This document shows, one piece after another, positions 25,784 through 35,254 of a stretch of DNA of 64,000 bases. Under the pieces are notes generated by a model. It saw only the letters and a list, made by a program, of their open reading frames with translations. It did no database searches and had not been told where the DNA came from. How positions within the stretch are numbered: the first letter of the stretch is position 1; the number at the start of each line of letters is the position of its first letter. Made by a program: the position numbers and the translations under genes. Source of the stretch: Kiritimatiellia bacterium (lineage in GTDB: Bacteria > Verrucomicrobiota > Kiritimatiellia > RFP12 > UBA1067); NCBI GenBank assembly GCA_017403825.1, contig JAFRDO010000016.1, positions 25,814 to 89,813 of the forward strand, in the 5' to 3' direction.

Positions 25784-26944
25784 ATGAAGAAGCTCGCATT
25801 ACTTTGCGCCGCATGCGCGGCAATCGAACTCTCTGCCGCTCCCGCCGCGAAGATGGAGCCGGTGGCCGCAGGCTTCCCGCAGTGGCAGGGGCTTGTGCAG
25901 AAGAACTACATACAGGGGCGCGAGATCACGCCGTCCGACCTGCGCCATCGCGTGACGATCGTGATCGACGTCGAGGACTGCCCCGCGCTGAAGCACCAGA
26001 TGCTCCTTGCCAGCAGGTTCCTGTCGCAGACCGGGCTTGTCGGGCTCGAAGGCAGTGACTTCGAAAGGCGAGAGGATCTGCCGCGCAACGTGCTGATCGT
26101 CGTCTCCTGCCACGGGCTGCTCAAGAACCCCGATGCGCTCAAGAAGGCCCTCAAACCGGCCGACAACACCGAGTCCGGCCTTTCCTACTTCTACTCGACG
26201 CAGACTCCGTTCTACGAGGGAGTCTCCCTCGTCGGCGGACCCGAGACCGAAGGGCAGCGTCCCTACATCTACGTAATGGGTCCAAAGGGCACAGCGCCTC
26301 TCTATCAGGGTAAGCTGAACGAAGCCGGCATCAAGGCCGCCAGCAAGGCGATTGGCGAGGCGAAGGCGCAGATTGCGAAGGGTCCGGAGTGGAAGCCGTT
26401 CTACGGAACCGTCTCGCCGGAGAAGTACCCCGCGATCGCCGCCGCGATAGCCAAGGGCAAGCCCCTCGCTCCTGTCGCCGTCGCGATCCAGAAGGACATC
26501 CTCTCGAAGGACGCGGAGAAGGCGACTGACGCGCAGATCGTGTACGACGCGCTGTCGCAGACGCGCAGTGACCTCTTGTCCCGCATTCGCCTCGAGGCCC
26601 GCGCGTGTCCGCACCGGGCCTACTATGACTTCCAGAAGCTCGTCAAGTACTGGCCGTCGGAGAAGAAGAAGCTGGACGACGTGATGCAGCGGCTGAAGGC
26701 GATTCCTGACGCAGAGAAGCTGTCGAAGATGTTCTGCAAGGTGATGACGTGGGCCGAGCCGGACTTCGTCTGCAAGAACAAGGGCGAGGCCAAAAAGATA
26801 GTCGAAGAGCTGAAGAAGATGAAGCCGGTGCTGGCGAAGATGAAGGAGTCGAAGGTGATCGTGGTGCAGAACGGTGCACTGCTGATGGACTCGCAGCTTG
26901 ACACGCTCATCGAGACGATTCCCGACAAGATTGCCGTGAAGTAG
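25784..26944 (+). CDS. Secreted hypothetical protein (possible degenerate redoxin-like N-domain plus helical Lys-rich C-domain)
   Basis: MKKLALLCAACAA signal, GGAGG SD. GREITPSDLRHRVTIVID resembles the TlpA start but has no CxxC. Confidence 0.7.
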   Translation: MKKLALLCAACAAIELSAAPAAKMEPVAAGFPQWQGLVQKNYIQGREITPSDLRHRVTIVIDVEDCPALKHQMLLASRFLSQTGLVGLEGSDFERREDLPRNVLIVVSCHGLLKNPDALKKALKPADNTESGLSYFYSTQTPFYEGVSLVGGPETEGQRPYIYVMGPKGTAPLYQGKLNEAGIKAASKAIGEAKAQIAKGPEWKPFYGTVSPEKYPAIAAAIAKGKPLAPVAVAIQKDILSKDAEKATDAQIVYDALSQTRSDLLSRIRLEARACPHRAYYDFQKLVKYWPSEKKKLDDVMQRLKAIPDAEKLSKMFCKVMTWAEPDFVCKNKGEAKKIVEELKKMKPVLAKMKESKVIVVQNGALLMDSQLDTLIETIPDKIAVK

Positions 26945-27004
26945 GTGGTTCAGGCGAAACCTGCTGAAATTGGCCGGTATTTTTTGATATAATTTCACGA
27001 ACGT

Positions 27005-27865
27005 ATGGAGAAGATAGACACAGCGCAGGCGAAGGCCGCCGTACTCACGGCGGCCCTGCCCTACATTCAGGACTTCAAGGGCTCGGTCGTGCTTGTCAAG
27101 CTCGGCGGGTCGGTGATGGAGGTCGAGGAGAACCTTGAAAGCCTGATGGACGACATCGCGTTCATGAACGCGACGGGCATGAAGGTCGTGATCGTCCATG
27201 GCGGCGGCAAGGCGATTACGAAGGCGATCAAGATGAGCGGCCACGTGCCGGCGTTCGTGGACGGGCTGCGCGTCACCGACGAGCCGACGATGGAGATTGT
27301 CCGCAAGACGCTCAACAACGTCGTCAACCCCGACATCGTGGCGCGGCTTTGCAACCGGGGAGCGAACGCGAAGCCCCTGCACGGCAACTGGATATTCGGG
27401 GCGAAGAAGATAGCCGAGCCCGACCGCGGCTACGTTGGGGAGGTCGTGCGGGTGACGGCGCGCGCGGTGGTGGAGATGCTTGACGCGCACATCATACCGG
27501 TCGTGACCCCGCTTGGAACCGGTGTTGATGACGGCCACCTCTACAACATCAACGCCGACTATGCTGCCGCGGCCCTCGCCAAGGAGCTTCAGGTGAGGAA
27601 GTTCATGCTGGTGTCGGACGTCCCGGGTCTGCTCAAGGATCCAGAGGACCCTCAGACTCTCCTTTCGACCCTGCACCTCGGCGACGTGGAGAAGCTGACG
27701 TCGGACGGCACGATTTCCGGCGGAATGCTCCCGAAGATCAGGAGCTGCTGCGACGCGATCCGCGCCGGGGTGCGCAAGGTGCATCTCGTCGACGGTCGCA
27801 TGGCGCATTCGCTTTTACTTGAAATATTCACGCGGGAAGGCGTGGGAACGGAGATAACGGAATGA
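27005..27865 (+). CDS. argB: Acetylglutamate kinase
   Basis: VKLGGS, VHGGG, GLRVTD, NINAD, GGMLPK; promoter TGA-TATAAT at 26985-26993. Confidence 0.95.
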   Translation: MEKIDTAQAKAAVLTAALPYIQDFKGSVVLVKLGGSVMEVEENLESLMDDIAFMNATGMKVVIVHGGGKAITKAIKMSGHVPAFVDGLRVTDEPTMEIVRKTLNNVVNPDIVARLCNRGANAKPLHGNWIFGAKKIAEPDRGYVGEVVRVTARAVVEMLDAHIIPVVTPLGTGVDDGHLYNINADYAAAALAKELQVRKFMLVSDVPGLLKDPEDPQTLLSTLHLGDVEKLTSDGTISGGMLPKIRSCCDAIRAGVRKVHLVDGRMAHSLLLEIFTREGVGTEITE

Positions 27866-29064
27866 GCAACAAGACACAGGAGATACTCGGGCTTTACAAG
27901 TCCAAGGTGATGCCGACGTATGCGCCGTCGGTGGTGATCGCGTCGGGGAAGGGAATTACGGTCCGCGACGTGGACGGGCGTTCCTATTACGACTTCACCA
28001 GCGGCATCGGTGTGCACAACGTCGGCCACTGCCACAAGAAGGTCGTGGACGCGATCCGGACCCAGGCCGCGACGCTGACGCATGCGTCCAACCTGTTCGC
28101 TAACGTGCCGGCGACGCTACTTGCCGACAAGCTCGTGGAGATTTCCGGCCTCGGCGGCAAGGCGTTCTTCTGCAATTCCGGTGCCGAGGCCAACGAGGCG
28201 GCCATCAAGTTGGCCCGCAAGTGGGGCGCGGCGAACGGCGGACGTTACGAGATCGTCACCATGCGCCAGGGTTTCCACGGGCGCACGCTTGCCACGCTCG
28301 CGGCGACGGCGCAGGCGTGGTGCCAGGAGGGCTACGACCCGCTGCCCGTCGGCTTCGCATACGCCGACTTCAACGACATTGAGTCCGTAAAGGCTGCCGT
28401 GGGCGACAAGACAGTCGCCGTGATGCTGGAGGCCGTGCAGGGCGAGGGCGGCGTGTTGCCCGCGACTGATGAGTTCATGCGGGGCGTCCGTGCGCTTTGC
28501 GACGAGAAGAACCTGCTGATGATCTGCGACGAAGTGCAGTGCGGCATGGGCCGCACGGGGTCGTGGTTCGCGTGGCAGGGCTACGAGGGCGTCAAGCCAG
28601 ACCTCTTCACCTGCGCGAAAGCGATTGCGGACGGAATCCCGATGGGTGCGCTCGTCTCCAACGCAAAGCTCGCTGACGTCTTCACCCTGTCGTCCCACGC
28701 CTCCACTTTCGGCGGCAATCCCGTCGCGGCGGCTGCGGCGAACGCGGTGATATCGGTCATCGAGGACGAGGGCCTTCTTGAGAACGCGGTGAAGGTCGGC
28801 GGGCTTCTGCGCGAGGCCCTGCAGGGGTTCGTCGATTCGTACGACAAGCTGCTGGAGGTGCGCGGCAAGGGCATGCTCATCGGTCTTGTCGCCGACTGCG
28901 ACGTGAAGCCGATCATCGAGGCGTTGCAGAGCCAGGGCCTCCTCGCGCTGTCCGCCGGCAAGAACGTGGTGCGCTTCCTGCCGCCGCTGACGCTCGGCGA
29001 GGACGACCTCGAGGACGCCGTGGACATGATTTCCGACGCACTCGACGAAGTCTTCAGCGACTGA
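27862..29064 (+). CDS. argD: Acetylornithine aminotransferase
   Basis: FCNSGAEANEAAIKLAR, FHGRT, DEVQCGMGRTG, AK, STFGGNP; ATGA overlap with argB. Confidence 0.92.
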   Translation: MSNKTQEILGLYKSKVMPTYAPSVVIASGKGITVRDVDGRSYYDFTSGIGVHNVGHCHKKVVDAIRTQAATLTHASNLFANVPATLLADKLVEISGLGGKAFFCNSGAEANEAAIKLARKWGAANGGRYEIVTMRQGFHGRTLATLAATAQAWCQEGYDPLPVGFAYADFNDIESVKAAVGDKTVAVMLEAVQGEGGVLPATDEFMRGVRALCDEKNLLMICDEVQCGMGRTGSWFAWQGYEGVKPDLFTCAKAIADGIPMGALVSNAKLADVFTLSSHASTFGGNPVAAAAANAVISVIEDEGLLENAVKVGGLLREALQGFVDSYDKLLEVRGKGMLIGLVADCDVKPIIEALQSQGLLALSAGKNVVRFLPPLTLGEDDLEDAVDMISDALDEVFSD

Positions 29065-29117
29065 CTGGGCAAGGCTTCCACGGCGCTTGAGGTTTTTCAA
29101 CAACAATACAAGGAGGT

Positions 29118-29612
29118 ATGAAAATGAGAGAACTTTTGATTGCGGTTGCGGCATGTCTAGTAGGGACTACCCTGTCTGCCGCGCAGTGCGAGGGCATGAC
29201 GCAAAAGGGTGAGCGCTGCAAGCGCGAAGCCGACCCAGGCTCGTCCTACTGCATCGGGCACGCCGATCAGGCGAAGACCGCCAAGAAGGCCAAGAGCGAG
29301 CCGAAGGCTAAGAGCGAGCAAAAGGCTAAAAGCGAGCAGAAAGCTAAGAGCGAGCCGGAGGCCAAGGACAAGCAGAATGCTCAGGGCGAGCAGGAGCTTA
29401 AGGACGACGGAACCTGCTGGGCGATTACGCAGGCCGGGACGCGCTGCAAGCACAAGAAGGACGGCGAAAGCGACTATTGCAAGCAGCACTCTCCCTCGGT
29501 GAAGCCGTCCCATCCCGTCACGCAGTGCCGCGCGCTGACGTATAACGGCAAGCAGTGCGTCCGCAAGCCGGTCGAGGGCAGCAACTACTGCGCCCAGCAC
29601 GGCGGGAAGTGA
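29118..29612 (+). CDS. Small secreted protein with three C-x3-T-x2-G-x2-C...YC-x2-H motifs (DUF5763-like) and a KAKSE(P/Q) repeat linker
   Basis: Signal peptide; CEGMTQKGERC..YCIGH, CWAITQAGTRC..YCKQH, CRALTYNGKQC..YCAQH. Confidence 0.8.
   Translation: MKMRELLIAVAACLVGTTLSAAQCEGMTQKGERCKREADPGSSYCIGHADQAKTAKKAKSEPKAKSEQKAKSEQKAKSEPEAKDKQNAQGEQELKDDGTCWAITQAGTRCKHKKDGESDYCKQHSPSVKPSHPVTQCRALTYNGKQCVRKPVEGSNYCAQHGGK
29286..29393 (+). repeat. 18-bp in-frame tandem repeat (4 good plus 2 degenerate units)
   Basis: aaggccaagagcgagccg/aaggctaagagcgagcaa/aaggctaaaagcgagcag/aaagctaagagcgagccg... Confidence 0.85.
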
Positions 29613-29664
29613 AGAACGCTTCCGTAATGCGGTTTCTCACGCTGTCAGGAAAGCAGGAAATCGC

Positions 29665-31203
29665 ATGAAGCAGACAGTTAAGATTCTGGTTGTTGCTGCG
29701 CTAGCGGTGTCCGCCGCGGCGCAGGGCGGAGCGCGGTGGGACGAAGGAACGCCGCGCATTAACGGTCCGAAGGCATACGGCGCGACGCCGGGCCGCGCAT
29801 TCCTTTATGCATTCCCAACGTGCGGTAGCCGTGATGGATTGAAGTTTTCCGTCTCCGACGGAAGTCTTCCGCCTGGGGTCTCACTTGATGCGAAACTGGG
29901 CATGCTTTCCGGCAAGGTTGAGAAGGCAGGTGAATACCAGTTCGAGGTTTCTGCCGTCAATGCGTTCGGCTCGGCCCGCAAACGGTTCTCGCTCGTCATC
30001 TGCGACCGTCGTGCGCTGACGCCACCGATGGGGTGGACGAGCTGGAACGCGTTCACCAGCGACGTGGATCAGGAGCTCATGGAGGCGACGGCGGAGGCAC
30101 TCGTGAAGAAGGGCCTTGCGGCGCATGGTTATGTCTACGTGAACGTCGACTCATGCTGGCAGGGCCAGCGTAACGCGACGAACACAGCCGCGCTGCAGCC
30201 GAACGAGAAGTTCCCCGACATGGGCGGCATGGTGAAGAAGATACATTCGCTCGGCCTCAAGGCCGGCATCTATTCCACGCCGATGGTGCACGCCTGGGGA
30301 TCGCGCCGCGAGCGGCTTCTTCTCGGTTCGACCGACTATCCACTTGACCCGGACTACTTCCACCCGCACTTCGGCGGCTGTGGCAAGAAGGGCTACGAGA
30401 AGGAGGACGCCCTGCAGTTCGCGGAATGGGGCTTCGACTGGCTCAAGTACGACTGGTCGCGCACCGAGCCGCACCACACGCGCATCATGCGCGAGGCGCT
30501 TGACGCGACAGGGCGCGACTTCGTTCTCCAGGTCTGCACAGGCGCCAAGCTGTCGAATGTGCAGGAGTTCGCGGCATGCTGCGAGCTCGCCAGGGGTAAC
30601 AGCGACACCAGGGACGTCTGGAAATCGCTGACAGAAAAGGTCATGCGCCGTGCGGACGGCTGGCTGCCGCATGTCCGGCCGGGTTTTTGGTACGATCTCG
30701 ACATGCTGGCCGTAGGTGCGATGCGCATCGACAGGAAGGAGTCCGTCGTGCATGCGCCCCGTCCTGGACAGGCGCTTCCAAAAGAAATGAACAACAAGTT
30801 GACGCACGACGAGATCGCGAGCCACTTTGCGTGGTGGGCGATAATCCCGGCGCCGCTGTTCCTCTCTTGCGACATAGAGCATATCGACGACTTCACGCTC
30901 TCGCTCGTCACTAACGACGACCTTATCGAGATCAACCAGGACTATCCGGCGAAGCCCGCGACGTTTGAGGACGTCGACGGCGGCAAGCGCCGCATCTGGC
31001 GGCGCGAACTGTCCGACGGACGCAGGGTGCTTGCGTTCTTCAACCTGACCGATGATGGGGAGTGGCAGCTCTCGCATCCGCTCGGCGGCGCGTTCGCCGT
31101 CCGCGACGTCTTCGCCGGGACTGACATGGGTGCGTTAGACAGGATCGAGGCATCGTTGCCGGTACACGCGGCGAAGGTGTACCTGCTCGGAATCGCAGAG
31201 TAG
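29665..31203 (+). CDS. Secreted GH27 alpha-galactosidase-like glycosidase with N-terminal putative Ig domain
   Basis: ALTPPMGWTSWN, YVNVDSCWQ, FDWLKYDW, DLDML, APLFLSCD. Confidence 0.9.
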   Translation: MKQTVKILVVAALAVSAAAQGGARWDEGTPRINGPKAYGATPGRAFLYAFPTCGSRDGLKFSVSDGSLPPGVSLDAKLGMLSGKVEKAGEYQFEVSAVNAFGSARKRFSLVICDRRALTPPMGWTSWNAFTSDVDQELMEATAEALVKKGLAAHGYVYVNVDSCWQGQRNATNTAALQPNEKFPDMGGMVKKIHSLGLKAGIYSTPMVHAWGSRRERLLLGSTDYPLDPDYFHPHFGGCGKKGYEKEDALQFAEWGFDWLKYDWSRTEPHHTRIMREALDATGRDFVLQVCTGAKLSNVQEFAACCELARGNSDTRDVWKSLTEKVMRRADGWLPHVRPGFWYDLDMLAVGAMRIDRKESVVHAPRPGQALPKEMNNKLTHDEIASHFAWWAIIPAPLFLSCDIEHIDDFTLSLVTNDDLIEINQDYPAKPATFEDVDGGKRRIWRRELSDGRRVLAFFNLTDDGEWQLSHPLGGAFAVRDVFAGTDMGALDRIEASLPVHAAKVYLLGIAE

Positions 31204-31205
31204 CG

Positions 31206-31304
31206 CTGTCGCGTCGGGGCTGCTCGCTCGGTGTCGCGCGCTCCACCCGGAGCCGACTGGACGGGCCGGCGTGCAACCGAGAGGACTTTCGGCGGGCGGG
31301 ACAG
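31206..31304. repeat. About 100-nt imperfect hairpin between the GH27 gene and the prfB promoter
   Basis: ctgtc/gacag, ctcggt/accgag, inner gctcc-accc-ggagc. Confidence 0.45.
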
Positions 31305-31337
31305 GGCTTGGGTGTTTTTGGTATAATACGCTGCACC

Positions 31338-32474
31338 ATGGCAGAGGAGAAGAAAGAGAAGCTGCTTGAGACCGAGTCTGTCCGCCAGCGGATAGCCGAG
31401 CTGACGGCCAAGGTCGGCGAGATGGCGGACTACATACGCGTCGAGGAGCGGCGCGCGAAGCTGGCAGGGCTGGAGGCGGAGCAGGCCAAGGCGGAATTCT
31501 GGAACAGTCCGGCGAAGGCCCGCGAAGTGATCGCCGCGACGAACGCCGAACGCGCCTACGTCGGGCCGTACGACGCGCTCGTAAAGACTGTCGAGGACGC
31601 CGGCGTGATGCTGGAGCTGGCGGAGATGGAAGAGGGCGAGGCGCAGCAGTCGGCTCTCCGCGACACGCTTGCTGAATGCGAGAAGGCCGACTCGTTCTTC
31701 GGCAAGCTGCGCCTGCAGTCGCTGCTCGGCGGCAAGTTCGACCAGTGCAACGTGTTCGTCAAGCTCCACGCCGGTCAGGGCGGAACCGAGGCGTGCGACT
31801 GGGTCGCGATGCTCTACCGCATGTACCAGCGCTACGCCGAGTCGCAGGGATGGAAGGTCGAGGAATATGACGTGCAGCTGGGCGAAGAAGCCGGCTACAA
31901 GGACGTCTACTTCCGCGTGGAAGGCCCGTACGCATTCGGAATGCTGAAGGCCGAGCGCGGCATCCATCGGCTCGTGCGCATATCGCCGTTCGACGCCAAC
32001 AAGCGTCGCCAGACAAGCTTCGCCTCGATGGAGACTGTCGCCGAGATAAACGAGGACATCGACGTGGAGATCAAGGACGAGGACCTCAGGATCGACACGT
32101 ACCGCTCCGGCGGCGCGGGCGGCCAGCACGTCAACAAGACCGACTCCGCCGTGCGCCTCACCCACCTTCCGACCGGCATCGTGGTCGCCTGCCAGAAGGA
32201 ACGCTCGCAGCACATGAACAAGGAGAAGGCGATGAACATGCTGCGAGCCCAGCTCTACGAGTACTACGAAGACCAGAAGAAGGCCGAGATGGACCGCTTC
32301 TACGGCGCGAAGAGCGAGAACGGCTGGGGCAGCCAGATACGCAGCTACGTCTTCTGTCCCTACACGATGGTTAAGGACCTCCGCACCGAGTACGAGACCA
32401 GCGACGTGAACGGCGTGATGGACGGACACCTGCAGCCCTTCATTGAGGCGTGGCTCCAGATGAAGGCGAAATAG
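31338..32474 (+). CDS. prfB: Peptide chain release factor 2 (continuous ORF, no +1 frameshift)
   Basis: SPF anticodon motif (RISPFD), [17 protein letters not shown]; TGG-TATAAT at 31319-31327, ATG 10 nt downstream. Confidence 0.95.
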   Translation: MAEEKKEKLLETESVRQRIAELTAKVGEMADYIRVEERRAKLAGLEAEQAKAEFWNSPAKAREVIAATNAERAYVGPYDALVKTVEDAGVMLELAEMEEGEAQQSALRDTLAECEKADSFFGKLRLQSLLGGKFDQCNVFVKLHAGQGGTEACDWVAMLYRMYQRYAESQGWKVEEYDVQLGEEAGYKDVYFRVEGPYAFGMLKAERGIHRLVRISPFDANKRRQTSFASMETVAEINEDIDVEIKDEDLRIDTYRSGGAGGQHVNKTDSAVRLTHLPTGIVVACQKERSQHMNKEKAMNMLRAQLYEYYEDQKKAEMDRFYGAKSENGWGSQIRSYVFCPYTMVKDLRTEYETSDVNGVMDGHLQPFIEAWLQMKAK

Positions 32475-32491
32475 CGTCAGCGAGGTCTGCG

Positions 32492-32824
32492 GTGGCGTTC
32501 GAGAACGGAGTTGACTGGAAGCCCCTGGCGCCTGACCAGCGCGGGCGTCACGCAAACCTTTCCTCGGCCCTTGACGCCGCGTTCAAGGACCTCGTCACGG
32601 AGCGCAACGCGTTCTTCGACTCGCTTGTGGACAACTGGGGTCGACTCTTCCCGTCGCTACCGGCCGTACCCGGCCGCTACGAGGACGGCAAGATATTCGT
32701 CTACGTGCGCAATGCGCCGACGGCGTTCACGGTGCGTCCGCGCCTGCGCTCCGTCGCGGCCCGCCTGGCGCAGCTGCCGGGAGCGCCCAAGCGCATAGAC
32801 CTTCGCCTGGAGATCCATGCCTAG
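32492..32824 (+). CDS. Small protein, DciA/DUF721-like
   Basis: About 110 aa with a NW..LF...P.RYEDGKIFVYV pattern; fills the gap in a coupled operon; start uncertain. Confidence 0.55.
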   Translation: MAFENGVDWKPLAPDQRGRHANLSSALDAAFKDLVTERNAFFDSLVDNWGRLFPSLPAVPGRYEDGKIFVYVRNAPTAFTVRPRLRSVAARLAQLPGAPKRIDLRLEIHA

Positions 32825-34292
32825 TGGCGTCCCATCGCTTCTGGCGGCGCTTCTTGCCGCAGCCTTCTCGCGTCCGATGGAGCGCGTCTCGACGATGGAC
32901 CCCGTGATGACGCGGAGCATGTACGACGCGCAGGCCGTCCAGCTCGTCTACGAGACGCCTCTGACCGTCGACTACCTGGCGCGGCCATACCGTCTTGCGC
33001 CGGGCTATTGCGACATGCCGAAGGTTGATGCCGACGGGCTGCGCTATGTGTTCCGCACGCTGCATGGTCCGGCGGAGGCCGTCGTCGCGTCCCTTAAACG
33101 GCTCGGCGATCCCGCGCTGACTTCGCCGAACGCCTGGATGGCGAAGGAGATCGCGTCCGTGAGCGCTCCCGATTCCGCCACGGTCGAGGTTCGCCTGCAT
33201 CGGCGGACGCACTACTTCCCCTGGCTCATGGCGATGGCGCCTGCGGCGGTCGTCGGCGCGGATGGCGAAGGAACCGGTCCATTCCGCCTTGCGTCGTGGT
33301 GGAAGAACCATGAGATGGTGTTCAAGCGGCGCCAGCCCGGCGGAGATGGCTTCGACGAGGTGCGCTATCTCGTCATCGACGACGCCAGCACTCAGTGGCT
33401 GATGTTCCTGAAGGGCGAGATAGACTTCCTCGGCGAGGTCTCGCGCGACAACTGGGATTCCGTCGTCGGTCCGGACGGACTTCTCCTGCCATCCTTGGCG
33501 AAGATTGGGGTGAGCCTTCATTCGACGCCGTCGCTGGACGTGCTGTATGTCGGCATCAACATGCGCGACCGTGTGCTTGGCGGCAACCGCAGCCTGCGTC
33601 AGGCGCTGAACGCGGCATTCGACTATCCTTCCTGGGAACGTTTTTACAACGGTCGCATCAGAGAGTGCGACGGACCTGTCCCGCCGGGCATCGGCGGACG
33701 GCTTGAGACGCCGTTCCCGTATCGTTACAACCCTGAGCTGGCGAAGCGCCTTCTGGCGGAAGCAGGCTACCCCGGCGGCATCGACCCCGCCACCGGACGC
33801 CGCCTTTCGCTGACGCTGACCATCGGCCGCCCGACGCAGGACAGCCGCGAGGCAGGCGAGCTGATGGCCGCGTTCTACGACCGCGTCGGCATACGGCTGG
33901 AGCTCCAGTACCTTACGTGGGACGCGTTCCTGCGCGCGGTCAACGAGGGCCATGTGCAGATGTTCCGCATGGGGTGGGTGGCTGACTATCCTGACGCGCA
34001 GAATTTGCTTCAGTTGTTCTACTCCCGCAACGTCAGTCCCGGGCCGAACCACGCCAACTACGAGAACCCCGAGTTCGACCGCGAATACGACGCCGCGCTT
34101 GACTCCGCTAACGAGAAGGAGCGAAACGCGCACTGGCGGCGGTGCCAGGAGATTGTCCGTGAAGACTGCCCCTGGATATTCACCAACTTCAACAAGAACT
34201 ACTCCCTGATCCGCTCGCGGGTCGGCAACTATGTCCCGTCCTACTTCCCCTACGGGCAGGAAAGCCATTACACTGTGAAGGAGACGCGATGA
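32817..34292 (+). CDS. ABC transporter substrate-binding protein, family 5 (peptide/nickel)
   Basis: TMDP, YETPL, GTGPFRL, LRQALN, AKRLLAEAGYP, WVADYPDAQN. Confidence 0.88.
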   Translation: MPSGVPSLLAALLAAAFSRPMERVSTMDPVMTRSMYDAQAVQLVYETPLTVDYLARPYRLAPGYCDMPKVDADGLRYVFRTLHGPAEAVVASLKRLGDPALTSPNAWMAKEIASVSAPDSATVEVRLHRRTHYFPWLMAMAPAAVVGADGEGTGPFRLASWWKNHEMVFKRRQPGGDGFDEVRYLVIDDASTQWLMFLKGEIDFLGEVSRDNWDSVVGPDGLLLPSLAKIGVSLHSTPSLDVLYVGINMRDRVLGGNRSLRQALNAAFDYPSWERFYNGRIRECDGPVPPGIGGRLETPFPYRYNPELAKRLLAEAGYPGGIDPATGRRLSLTLTIGRPTQDSREAGELMAAFYDRVGIRLELQYLTWDAFLRAVNEGHVQMFRMGWVADYPDAQNLLQLFYSRNVSPGPNHANYENPEFDREYDAALDSANEKERNAHWRRCQEIVREDCPWIFTNFNKNYSLIRSRVGNYVPSYFPYGQESHYTVKETR

Positions 34293-34813
34293 GCACGCTC
34301 TACATTGACAGGTCCGTCAGCGACGGCAGTCGCGGCGACTGGGTCGAGTCGCTCGCCTTGGACGGCGTCGACAGGATCGTCGTCGGTACAGGCCCCGGAT
34401 CGTTCGCCGGCATACGCTCCGCGCTGGCGTTCGCGCAAGGCTACGCGCTTGGACGCCGATGCGAGGTTCTCGGTCTGCCTTCCGCCTGCGCTCTGGCCGG
34501 CGACGGCCCGCTCGCCGTGGTGGGGGACGCCAGGCGCGGACAGTTCTGGGTGGCGCTCTTTGACGGGTTTCGTCCCGAACGTGACATATTCCAGGTCGGG
34601 GAAGCGGAACTGGCGTCTGCCGTCCCGGCCGACCACGCGGTGACGACGCCGGACGCCGCTCGCATCGACGCGCTGCTGAAGGAAACGTTTGGCGCTCGCT
34701 ATCTTGGCGGTAGGGTCCCCACGGACGACGGGCTTCGCCGATTCGCGGAGGCAAATCCATCGGTCTTGCGTCCCGAGCCGCTGCCGATATACCTCAACCC
34801 TGCCGTCCGCTGA
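34289..34813 (+). CDS. tsaB: tRNA threonylcarbamoyladenosine biosynthesis protein TsaB (compact)
   Basis: VGTGPGSFAGIR, DARRGQ, PLPIYL; adjacent to tsaE. Confidence 0.85.
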   Translation: MSTLYIDRSVSDGSRGDWVESLALDGVDRIVVGTGPGSFAGIRSALAFAQGYALGRRCEVLGLPSACALAGDGPLAVVGDARRGQFWVALFDGFRPERDIFQVGEAELASAVPADHAVTTPDAARIDALLKETFGARYLGGRVPTDDGLRRFAEANPSVLRPEPLPIYLNPAVR

Positions 34814-34831
34814 CATGAAGGTTTGGAGATT

Positions 34832-35254
34832 ATGAAGGGCACATTCGAGGTCGGTTCGGTCGAGGAGACATGGGCGCTGGCGCGGCGGCTTGCGGCGGAA
34901 CTTAAGCCGGGCGACGTCGTATGTCTCGAAGGCGACCTTGGCTCCGGCAAGACCACGTTCGTGCAGGGGCTCGCCGCCGCGCTCGGCGTCGCCGGACGCG
35001 TCACCTCGCCGACGTTCTGCCTGGTGCAGGAGCACGGGTCGGCTGACGGACGCCTTCTCGTGCACATGGATCTCTACCGTCTGGCGTCCGAGGACGACGT
35101 GCTTGCGATCGGCTGGGAGGATTTTCTCGCCAGGGGGGCGATTCTTGCGGTGGAATGGCCGGAGCGAGCCGGGTCGCTCGTTCCTGAAGATGCGGTGCGC
35201 GTTTCGTTTGCCTGTCTGGACGGCGAAGATGCAAGGAGGATAGAGATTTCATGA
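34832..35254 (+). CDS. tsaE: tRNA threonylcarbamoyladenosine biosynthesis ATPase TsaE
   Basis: LEGDLGSGKTTF, VTSPTF, HMDLYRL, VEWPE. Confidence 0.93.
   Translation: MKGTFEVGSVEETWALARRLAAELKPGDVVCLEGDLGSGKTTFVQGLAAALGVAGRVTSPTFCLVQEHGSADGRLLVHMDLYRLASEDDVLAIGWEDFLARGAILAVEWPERAGSLVPEDAVRVSFACLDGEDARRIEIS

Noticed and set aside
25799-27808. Long antisense ORFs (669 aa here; also 14885-16405, 30942-32555, 32727-34268, 48140-50122 and others)
   Set aside because: They are shadow frames of GC-rich genes with clear family motifs on the opposite strand, and their translations have no recognisable motifs
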